From contig CP158635.1 of NCBI GenBank assembly GCA_050273025.1, positions 9,548,001 through 9,612,000 on the forward strand: a DNA stretch of 64,000 nucleotides, read 5' to 3'. Both the position numbers and the translations under genes were made by a program. Below, in pieces: positions 1-10,192 of this stretch; the first letter of the stretch is position 1; each line of letters opens with the position of its first letter. Source of the DNA: Cenococcum geophilum. Lineage: Eukaryota. The notes under the pieces are model-generated. The model searched no databases and had not been told where the DNA came from. It was given only the letters and a program-made list of their open reading frames with translations.

Positions 1-2715
1 AGACGAGAGACAATATAAAGACATAAGAAACCAGCTAAAGAATACCCTAAAAAAAGAAGTAAGGAATAACTGGAGACGGTTTATAAACGAGCATACTTTT
101 AACTTAAGCCTCCCCTATAATAAGGGCCTTTGGGATATAGCAAAATAGGTAAAAAAAAAGGCAGGGCGCCCAGTAGAAGACTTATACCTACCACCCCTAC
201 AAAGAGTAGGAGAATTATAGGTCATAAATAACAACGATAAGAAGGCAAAGATCCTTATAGAAAGGTTCTTCCCCTAACCGGCTCTAGCAGACCTTAGTAA
301 TATCACGGGCGAAATACTGGTAACTCGCCTGCGGGTTAACAGCGACATAATAATAGAGGAAATGGCTAGAACCATTAGCCGCCTTTTAAATAATATAGCA
401 CTAGGACTAGATAGGATTCTAAATAAGGCCCTAAAAACCTATGGGCCACTTATAGCACCTTAGCTTACAGATATAGCTAAAGCATGCTTTACTATAGGCT
501 ACTACCCGCGACTCGGAAGATCTATAACAACGGTTATCCTATAAAAAGAAGGTAAAGCAGATTACTTAATCCCAGGAAGCTACCGCCCTATTGCCTTAGA
601 AAACACCCTTAGCAAGATCTTAGAAAGGGTAATAGCGGAATATATAGCAGATACGGTAAAAAAACACGCCCTACTACTATAAAGCCAAATAGGGGCAAGA
701 AAGAACCGCTTAACACTATTAGCACTTACGCTACTCGCTGCCACCATTAAATCTGCATAGGCGATGCGAAAGGACTTTATAGTATTAATGCTTAGCCTAG
801 ACATTAGTAGTGCCTATAACAATATACCCCACAAGCGTCTCCTATATATCCTTAGGGTAAAGGGCTTCCTAGAATAGATTATACAATTTATCTAAGGGTT
901 TATAGGCCAGAAAGAAACATTACTAGTCTTTAGCGGATACCAGAGCCCCCCCATTGTAGTTGCAACAGGAATACTACAAAGATTACCCCTCTCGCCTATA
1001 CTCTTCCTTTTCTTTATAAGTAACCTACTTAACTCCTTTAAGAAAGGGGCAACCTAGGGGATAGGCTTCGTTAACAATATAAACCTAATTATATACGGGC
1101 CAACAGCCGCAAAGAACTATAGAACACTAGAGAAAGCCTATAACACTTATATAGAGTGGGCAAAACGTTATAAAGTCTAATTCTTACCAGAGAAATACCA
1201 GCTAATCTATTTCATAAGAAAACATAACTAATCTACAGATCTCTAGCATATAATTCGCATCTAAGGCTTTAGGGGTTAACTAGTTTAGGGCCTAAGGGTA
1301 TTAGGAGTATGGGTAGACAGCAAGCTCCAGTAGAGCGCATATGCGGCATAAGCGGCCTGTAAAGGCCAAGTACAGTTTATCACTTTATCCAGGATTATTA
1401 ATTCTATATAGGGTCCATGCTTTTAGAGGTCACGCCTACTATATACAGCAGTCGTCCGGCCAACCATAACATATAGATCCAGTATCTAGGCCATTAGAGA
1501 AACTAAGAAGGGCCCCCCAAAATTACTCCTTAAACCACTTTAAAAGGTCCAAACAGCCTGCCTCTAGAGTATCACAGGCGGGTATAAGCGAACGGCCACA
1601 GCACTGCTTAAGAAGGAATCCAATATTCCCCCCCTACAGTTACATATTAAAGCCGCTGCAATATAAAGAACACAAAATAAATATAACTCTAATGTTATAA
1701 AGTACATTAAGACACGCCTAAGTAAACTATAGAGGGACCCTAGGGTGCCCCGTAGGAAAACAAACCAATAACCCTAAAGTAGGGAAGAGATATTAGAGAA
1801 ACAGGTAAAAAAAGCAGAAGAAGAATAGTGCCGCTTTAGGGCCCAGGCCTATATAGAGGAGGAAGGGAAACGTATAAGAGGTTAGCAAAGATAATAGTAA
1901 GATAGAGAAAGGAGCTAAAGTAAAATATGTAAGAACGCCAGGAAACCATCTACCGCAATACAATACTAGTTAGACTAACGCTAGAGAGGCGAATGGGAGT
2001 TAAAGGTATAGAGGCTAACTTAGGCAAGACGAACCTAAGCTATAGCATAGTTAACGCTATGGGGGGTAAATACCCAAGGGCTCCGAGAAGGCCTAATAAA
2101 GGCAGAAAATATAATAGCAACACTCTTAAGAACAGGAATAATAGGACTAAAAGATTGGCTTTACTAGGTGGGTGTCCTAGTAGGTAGCCCAAGATGTGAA
2201 TATAGCTGGCCAAGACAGACACTAAAACACATAATACTACTATGCCCCCTACGCACCAATCAAGAAATAATACTCTTAGTAGCTAGCACAGAGAACTATA
2301 ATACACTACTCTTAACATAAAAAGGCCTTAAGGCGGTTACCCAGTGGCTTATTAGTTAAAATGTGCTAAATCAGTTCCGGGTTGCAAGGGAAATAGTAAT
2401 AGAAGGTAAGAGGGCGAGCAGCAGGTGCCCCCTAGTAACTCTACAATAGTAGAGTAAAAGTTTATAATACTAGCGCGTCCGTAGGCTTATTACAGCAGCA
2501 GTGGTTCCCAAGGAGGTCAAACAGTAAGGTAGTAGAGCACCACAGGCGACTCGCAGGCGCTAAGCAGGCGAGTCCCAAAAGGCGGGGAGATAGATCACGG
2601 GGTTTTCTCATTTTTCTTAAATAGAGTTTTCTCCCTACATGTAAATAAGGAGTAGTCCGCATAGGCCCAGTAGGGATCCGAATCGGACGTTAAGCAATGA
2701 ATTATTATTATTATT
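1..2715 (+). mobile_element. Tad1-type LINE (non-LTR retrotransposon), 3' part: RT, C-terminus, 3' UTR and (ATT)n tail; RIP-degraded, 5' end outside window
   Basis: The + frame at 581 reads YRPIALENTLSKILERVIAE. GFVNN (RIPed GFVDD) lies at about 1064-1078. There are many TAA/TAG stops, and the element ends in an attattattattatt tail at 2701-2715. Confidence 0.9.
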
Positions 2716-2826
2716 AGATAACCCCGTACGGTTTTCCTTATCTCCTCTTAATAGAGTAGTGCCCTTAGAGAGGGCCTAGTGACTAGGGCTTAGGCACAAA
2801 AGATACCCAGATATATATATATACAT
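2716..2826 (+). mobile_element. 3'-terminal remnant of a second LINE family
   Basis: GGTTTTCC is followed by GAGTAGTGCC...GGCAC, the same stem layout as the other LINE 3' UTRs here, and then an (AT)n/ATAC tail at about 2811-2826. Confidence 0.55.
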
Positions 2827-3310
2827 CCCGCTTTTATCTTTTAGTTTTAGGATAGTAGAACGGATGAATCCCCCTTACGCCTTTAATAGGCCTTAGGGGG
2901 GGGAGGTATAGCATATATAGCAATGGTTAACAAGAGACAGTATATAGGGGTGGTTAAGATATAGGGCATAACTATAAGCATATAGCAATCGATCGGTAAG
3001 GCCTAGCTAGGACGTAGTAAACCCTAGCTTTAGATAAGCTAGAGAAGGAAGTAGTGGTTCTTAAGGAGTTTAAAACATCCAAGGAGGAGGACGAGCTATA
3101 GGCCCGCAGGGCCACTGCTCGTACAGGTATGGCAATTTGGGGTTTTTTATCCTACTAAGGTGGCTCATAGGGTTTTTCCTCCCCCCTAATAGCAAGGGGT
3201 TTTTCCTATTAATATTACTTTCCCCTTATATACGGAGTAGTCTGCGTGGGCCTAGATAGGATCCGTATTAGACGTTAATTAAAGAATCTACTAATAAAAT
3301 AAATAAATAT
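2827..3310 (+). mobile_element. 3'-terminal remnant of a third LINE
   Basis: gagtagtctgcgtgggcctagataggatccgtattagacgttaa closely matches gagtagtccgcataggcccagtagggatccgaatcggacgttaa of the first LINE. It is followed by an (AAAT)n tail. Confidence 0.7.
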
Positions 3311-3408
3311 TTACTTATTTAAGACTTTAAATTTTTATAATAATAGCCCTAGGGGTTACTATTTTATAAAGGCTAGAATTTTACAATTTTATATAGGAAA
3401 AGGGTATA

Positions 3409-3834
3409 ACGTAGTAGGCGGGCAAGCTGCCTATGCGGGCAAGCTGCCCATATCAAAACCCTACCAAAAATTAGAAAATTCACACCTTAATATCTTAATA
3501 ACTACTTAATAATAAATTCTAATAATTTAAATTTAGACTTCCATATATACTCTATAGCTTCTATTAAAGTTGTATAGTAAATAGTTTAGTAGTTTTTAAG
3601 ATATTAAATTTTAGGGGCCGAAACGAGGCCATATTACTATATCTTAAAAACTACTTAACTATTTACTATGAAACTTTAATAGAAGCTATAAAGTATATAT
3701 AAAAGTCTAAATTTAAATTATTAGAATTTATTATTAAGTGGTTGTTAAGATACTAGGGTGTGAATTTTCTAATTTTTAGTGGGGTTTTAATATGGGCAGC
3801 TTGCCTATATAGGTAGCTTGCCCACCAACTACAT
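3409..3834. mobile_element. Foldback MITE, pogo/Fot1-like (ACGT termini, TA TSD)
   Basis: Inverted arms of about 196 bp (3409-3604 and 3639-3834) surround a 34-bp spacer. TA flanks both ends (3407-08, 3835-36). The termini are ACGT and ACAT (mutated ACGT). Confidence 0.85.
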
Positions 3835-4009
3835 TATAAGAGGTAGTATTATGCGCGAGGTGGCACGGACTCCTATATATACTTAGTATAATATAGTATA
3901 TATACCGCATCTTTAGTATATATAACTACTAAAGACAAATTATAGCTACTAATATGCGTTCTGTATTAGTAAAAGTTAGTATTATTAATCTTTTTCTAAC
4001 GGCTTCTTA

Positions 4010-4861
4010 CCTTAGCAAACTTAGACTATAGAATCGACGGATCTTTTATATTCCGCTCCGCGCAAAGTCGATTCTATAGTCTTATTTTAGTAAACTTAGA
4101 CTATAGAATCAATTAGCGGACATACGTATATCCGCAAGCGGATATCGCTAACCTTTTTAGCTAAAAAGTTAATTTTATAGTCTAAGAGACTTTTCTACAC
4201 TTTATTAAGCGATCTGACTTTATTTATATATAGAGCAGTTACCTTTTTTTAATAAAATCAATCTACACCCCTATAATAGCTACTATTTTAGAAATACTAT
4301 TAAATTAATCTATAGAAGCAGCTCTATAATTGATAAACTTTTAAGCCTTATATATGTGCCTATTGCAACGTTATAGCTAAGCTTGCGTTAAGTCTTATAT
4401 TAAGTCTCGCATTTATATAGGGATATATACAATCTTTAACAAAATTAACAAAGCCACCTATATAAGGTCAAGGGCTGCATATAGGCTTAAAATAATCGCA
4501 AGAGCTAGATCTACTAGTGATGGATTTTAGCTTTTATATATATACTTATTACTATATTATAGGTAATATTAGGATTTCTAATAACGGGATTTTGTTTTAG
4601 CAAAAATAATATTAACTTTAGGCAGTTGTGGGCCAATTTAGACCCGATATTTATAAAATATTAGGTCGCCTCTCTAATTAATAAACTTTTAGTAGTATTT
4701 TAAGTTGTTATAGTTAAGTGATTTAACCGCGAATATAGGAAAAATCGTAGGTATTGTCGGAGCGCCTAAGAAACGTTAGAAATGTGGCTTAGACCACATT
4801 TTTGATTTTACGTTAAGCGGATATAAAATTATTCCGAATATATAGTCTAAGCTTGTTAAGG
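4010..4861 (+). mobile_element. Non-autonomous TIR element, 'CTTAGAC' family, copy A
   Basis: The TIR is ccttagcaaacttagactata / tatagtctaagcttgttaagg, flanked by TA. The internal core is repeated at 5068-5440, 5850-6475 and, inverted, at 6590-7400. Confidence 0.7.
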
Positions 4862-4879
4862 TAATCTCTGGTTTAAGGG

Positions 4880-5062
4880 ATCTTTTAGCACCTCTTTATA
4901 AGCTCCTTAGGCTTATAACTCCTTCCTCCCCTATTAGTTCGTCTCCTATACAAGGGTATTACCTACCCTACTCTTTACTATATTGTCCTCTTCTATTAAC
5001 TCTCCTTATAATTTATACCCGGCTTATCTATTCCCTACTATATACCTAGGCAATACCTTATA
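4880..5062 (-). mobile_element. Partial LTR, same family as solo LTR 54109-54364
   Basis: The reverse complement (tataaggtattgcctagg...ggagagttaatagaagaggacaatatagtaaagagta...) aligns with 54109-54290. Confidence 0.8.
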
Positions 5063-5780
5063 GTAGTATATAATTTTTAATAAAATTAATAAAACTACCT
5101 ATATAAGGTCTAGGCCTTATATATAGGCTTAAAATAATTATAAAGCTAAATCTATTAATGATGGATTTTTGGCCTTTATATATATACTTACTATAATATT
5201 ATAGGTAATATTAGGACTCCTAATAACGGGTTTTTTTTATATAAAAATAATCTTAACTTTAGGTAGTTATAGGCTAATTTAGATCTAATATTTATAAAAT
5301 ATTAGGCTATCTCACTAATTAATTAACTTTTAGCAGTATTTTAACCTATTATAGTTAAGCAATTTAACCGCGAGTATAAGGAGGGTTATAAAAAAAGTCC
5401 GGTTTCTTAAGAAACATTAGAAATGTGCCTTAGACGTAATTTTAATAGTATATTACAAACGTGGTTAGTTACCTACTTGCGGACCAATTAACTCCGCACT
5501 AATAGAACCACGTGTAAGGGGGCAAGGTGCTTCAAGGCAGCTTCAAAGGAAATAAGATTCTATTAAGAGCTAAATTATATAGACCTTGTAAGTAATAAGA
5601 CGTTCGGACAAGGAACAGAACAGATTCGGGTCAACGTGGTCAAGATATAAGGGTAGCCGTGGTACGTGCACGTACGTGCACGTACTTCGAGAGGCTTCGA
5701 CAGAATTCCACTGTCGTCGAGTGTTTCACCGAGACGTCCTTACTGTAATGGGACAGTCCCATTACACCACGTCTAAGCTT
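5063..5780 (+). mobile_element. 'CTTAGAC' family copy B (5'-truncated; right end interrupted by a solo LTR)
   Basis: The core matches copy A at 4425-4795. After removing 5513-5771, the right end is the reverse complement of the copy D start (cttagacgtg). Confidence 0.65.
5513..5766. mobile_element. Solo LTR (254 bp), weakly RIPed
   Basis: Termini are TGTAA...TTACA, with TSD CCACG at 5508-5512 and 5767-5771. Removing it restores the host TIR. Confidence 0.85.
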
Positions 5781-5782
5781 TA

Positions 5783-6480
5783 CCTTAGCAAGCTTAGACC
5801 ATAGAATTAATTAGCAGATATTGCTAACCCTTTTTATTAAAAGGTTAATTCTATAGTTTAAGGGACTTTCGCAATATTTATTAAGCGATGCGACTCTATT
5901 TATATATAGAACGGTTATCTTTTTTAATAAAATTAATCTACCCCCCCTATAATAGCTATTATCTTAAAAATACCGTTAAATTAATTAGTAGAAGCAGCTC
6001 TATAATTAATAAACTTTTAGGCCTTATATATACGCCTATTATAATATTATAGCTAAGTTTTACCGCGTTATCTGAATTTATATAGGATTTGTATAGGAGC
6101 TGTATATAATCTTTAATAAAATTATTAAAGCTATCTATATAAAGTCTAGGGCTATATATAGGCCTAAAATAATTATAAGAACAAGCTTTATAATTAATTA
6201 ACTTTTAGGCCTTATATACGTACCAATTATAATATTATAACTATCTCTAGAATCTTATATAACGCGATTTTTAACTAAATTAAAATTAATCTTAACTTTA
6301 GGCTATTATAGGCTGCTTTTAATCCAGTATTTATAAAATATTAGGTTGTCTCCCTAATTAATAAACTTTTAGTGATATTTTAAGCTATTATAATTAAGCA
6401 ATTTAACTACGAATATAGGGAAAATTGCGGATATTACTAGATTGCTTATAAGTGTTGGAGAAAAGCCTTAGACATAATTG
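5783..6480 (+). mobile_element. 'CTTAGAC' family copy C (right TIR missing)
   Basis: It starts ta|ccttagcaagcttagaccatagaat and is collinear with copy A. Confidence 0.65.
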
Positions 6481-6500
6481 CAGCGGTTTTATATAAATTA

Positions 6501-7400
6501 CCTTAGCAGGCTTAGACGTGATTCCATTGGTGTGGATTTTCAATCAGTCCGCAAGCTAACTAACTACATTTGTGCAAAACTACTAAAATTACGTCTAAGG
6601 CTATTTTCTAACGCTTATTAGGCACTCCAATAATATCTATAATTTTCCCTATATTCGCGGTCGAATTGCTTAACTATAATAGCTTAAAATACTACTAAAA
6701 GTCAATTAATTAGAGAGATAACTAGATATTTTATAAATATCGGGTCTAAAATGTCCTACGACTTGCTTAGAGTTAAGATTATTTTTATTAAAGAAAAAAA
6801 AAACCGTTATTAAGGATCCTAGAGATAGCTACAGTCAAATCTCTTTAATATAATACCGTTTGTTCGGCCGAGCGTATCGTAATACTAATAGTATTATTAT
6901 ATTAAGAGTTATATATAGGGTAAATAAGCAGGAAAAAGATAAGCTTTATACCTAAAAAGGCTTAGGATGTCTACCTCGCGGGCCAAATAGGGCCCTCTCC
7001 CGTACAAATTCTCTATTAGTTATAACGATATTAGTAGTAAGTGCTTAACGATATTCTCAAAAGTCAGATTATCGTAATATTACACCAAAAAAGGCTTAAT
7101 CAAGGGGTGTAGATTGTAATGTAAAAGTTATCGTTATATACCCCATACCGTATTAAGGAGATTTGACTGTATTAATAGATTTAGCTCTTGTAATTATTTT
7201 AAGCCTATATATAGCCCTAGACCTTATATAGATAGCTTTAATAATTTTATTAAAGATTATATACAGCCCCTATATAAATTTAGATAACGCGAGACTTTAC
7301 GCAAGACTTTACGCGAGACTTTAGCTATAATGTTGTAATGGATATATATATAAGGCCTAAAAGTTAATCAACTATAGAGTTACTTCTACGGATTAATTTA
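6501..7400 (-). mobile_element. 'CTTAGAC' family copy D (inverted, interrupted by a MITE)
   Basis: It starts ta|ccttagcaggcttagacgtg. 6590-6820 and 7172-7400 are reverse complements of the shared core. Confidence 0.65.
6832..7169. mobile_element. Tc1/mariner-type MITE (CAGT termini, TA TSD)
   Basis: The 24-bp TIR reads cagtcaaatctctttaatataata on the left and cagtcaaatctccttaatacggta (rc) on the right, differing by 4 transitions. TA lies at 6830-31 and 7170-71. Confidence 0.85.
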
Positions 7401-7770
7401 TATAGGAGCTTTTTGAAATGGCTATATTTTAAAAGCTTATATATATAAATGCTATATAAATTAAAAACAGGTGTCGCATAGCTATTTATTTTTAAAAAAT
7501 ATTATTAAAAAAATTTACTAAAATAGTATAGTGTGTTTTTTTAGGGGGGTAAATTACTATATAAAATATACTATTTTATTTTTTAGGCGCATAAAGACAT
7601 TTTTTTAAATTTTTTTTTTATAAATTAACTTAAGACTATATAAGCTTTAAGTTTAGGACTTTATATTATTAATATTGTATTACTAATACTGTTTTTATAG
7701 AGGTAGAAAACTAGGGTTTTATATGGGAAACGAGCACGAGTTTAGGGGGTCGCCAAGTTCTAGGGACCCG

Positions 7771-8750
7771 AGCTTATTAATAACGCCTTATGGGACTACC
7801 TTTACGACTTCTGCTCTATATACCTAGACGATATACTTATTTATAGTGACGACCCTTTTAAGTATACTATAATAGGGGAGCCGTATATAAGCTAGAACTT
7901 CCACCTACTCTAGCCACCTATGGGATATGGCCTATATTTTACCCTTAGCTACTATACCTTTACTAGCCTAAACCCTTACCAGGACAGATATAGCCTAAAC
8001 CCCTACTAGTACTAATCTAAGATAAGAATAAAGACGAGAACCATAAGGAGTAGACTATTAAACAAATTATTAACTCTAAATACTTTAGTAAAGGCAGAGG
8101 ATAGCGGCTCTACTATAGAGTTATCTATATAGGATTTAATATAGACTAGCCAGAATAGTAACTATAGGAAGACTTTAAAAACGCAAAGGATCTAATTAGC
8201 GATTTCTACTATATAAACCCACAGAAACCGGGCCTAAGTAGAGATTTCGTGCCTAATCCTCTATGGGAGCCCTTATAGAGTTAAACCGTTATATATTACG
8301 ATGTAAGGGTAAATTGCCGTTAGATTCCCGTTAGATTGCCGCAGATTGCCATTACGTGACCGTTAAGATGTCTAGGAACTTTGACCGGCGGTTAAAGTTA
8401 TCTAATTAGTTGGATTTTTAGGTGCCAAGCCTTATTACGTAACGTTGTTACATGCCTTTAGCGATATCCCCTTTTCTTCTCTATACCTTAAGTGTCCCCT
8501 TTTATATATATATAGTAAACCACAGCGTTACTGGAGCTTCGCCTCTAAAGGAGGGGGGTAGTGTTATAGAACCCCACCGTAAGGGCCTTATAGGAGAGCC
8601 CTGTGCTCTTATATATACCTTATATACAGCTTATGTTAGCTACGCGTAAGTATATTACCTCCTTATGCCTTTGACCCTTATAATCGATCGCGTAACGTCT
8701 TGCAGACTCCTTAAATATATATATTCTATAGCCACTGCCCCTATCCTATA
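7771..8750 (+). mobile_element. Internally deleted Gypsy derivative (RT fragment, chromodomain, 3' UTR, 3' LTR at 8562-~8750), same family as 55672-62015
   Basis: 7771-7869 matches about 58888-58987 (YLDD region) and 7870-8561 matches about 61122-61823. PPT gaggggggtag precedes an LTR homologous to 55672-55863. Confidence 0.9.
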
Positions 8751-10192
8751 TTAACGGCTAAAGGAAGAGGTAGAGGAGTTAACCACCTTTTATATAAGGT
8801 AAGGATTATATAAGTACCGCATCATACCCTTTAAACTGTATAACGGCTCTATATCCTTCTAAAGGTTTATTAATAACGTCCTTTTCGACTACCTAGACGA
8901 CTTCTATACAGCCTATATAGATAATATCCTAATCTACTTAGACGACCCGCTAAAGCACAAAGTCTACATTAAAAAGGTCCTATAGAGGCTTTAAGAGGTA
9001 GGCCTATAAGCGGATATTAAGAAGAGTAAGTTTGACGTTACCAAAATAAAGTTTCTAGGTTTTATTATTAGAACTAATAGGATTGCTATAGATACTAATA
9101 AGCTAGCTATAATTAGAGATTAGGAGCCCCCTACCTTTGTAAAAGGGGTATAATCCTTTCTAGAATTCTGCAACTTCTACTAGGCCTTCTTAAAGGATTA
9201 CGGCTAAGTTGTATAACCGCTTAGTAAGCTTACAAGGAAGGGAGTATAGCACTTACTATGAGAGGAAGAGCTTAAAGTCTTTAAATGGGTTAAGGCTTTT
9301 ATACTATTAGGTAGTGTAATTAAACACTACTTACTATTCCGAGACACCCGCGTAGAGACTAATATAAGTAATGGAGTAGTAGCTAGGGTACTAAACTAGC
9401 TATAAGACAATAGGACCTAGAAGCTAGTAGCCTTCTTTTTAAAGATAATGTCCCCTAAGAAGATGTGGTATAAGATCTATAATAAAGAAATACTAGTAGT
9501 AATAAGAGGCCTATAGGAATGGCGAGGTCGCCTTATCGGCCTCTAGTGTATACTTTTTATGGTAGTTATAGATTATTAAGCCCTTAACTATTTTATAACT
9601 AAAAGGCTACTAAACCTATAGTAAGCCCGCTGGGTAGATCTACTAGCTAATTTCTATATATAGATTATATATAGGCCAGGTAGGGCAAATATAGTTGCTA
9701 ATACTCTATTATAAAAGTAAGAGGACCTAAAGACATAGAAAGAGAAGGATGTAGCTATACGCACCATATACTTAATTAACCCCGCCCTTATAATCGCTAC
9801 ACTAAAGACAACCTTAAGGGACCCTTTGTAGTAAATCGCAAATAGGAACCGTATAAGCTGGTTAATTAGATCCTCCAGGCTAATTAAACTAGCGAGTCGC
9901 TAGTAGGGCTATGTTAGCTAGCTAAGTAAGACTAGAAGGGCTGGAAGCTCTAAGAAGGACTACTTACCTGATTTAGCAAGCTAATAGTCTCTAATACTAA
10001 CTGCCTCCGTACCTACCTTATTGCGGAGGTACACTCCTATTAAATAACTGCTTACCTAAGTATAAGAAAGACCAAGAGGCTTATAGCAGACTAATACTAT
10101 TAGCTAGGATTAGCTTTAGATTATAATATATATATAAGTAATTGTAGGACCTACAGGAGGACTTATATACCTTATAATAAAACTTTAGGCCT

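Noticed and set aside
580..804. 74-aa minus ORF (also 23186..23428, 34136..34366, 40551..40793, 42234..42416, 20684..20878, 55215..55436)
   Set aside because: These are antisense shadows of TE coding regions with no independent protein features.
4010..7400. Recurrent repeats possibly resembling a CRISPR array or satellite
   Set aside because: There is no constant repeat-spacer period. The units are ~0.7-0.9 kb TIR elements in mixed orientation in a eukaryotic context.
7400..7770. AT-rich segment sharing ttttatat(a/g)ggaaa with 3385-3400; possible end of another DNA transposon
   Set aside because: No partner TIR or TSD could be identified, and the similarity is too short in AT-rich DNA.
8452..8649. 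65-aa ATG ORF
   Set aside because: It spans the 3' UTR, PPT and LTR, and the ATG is not conserved in the sibling at about 61710.
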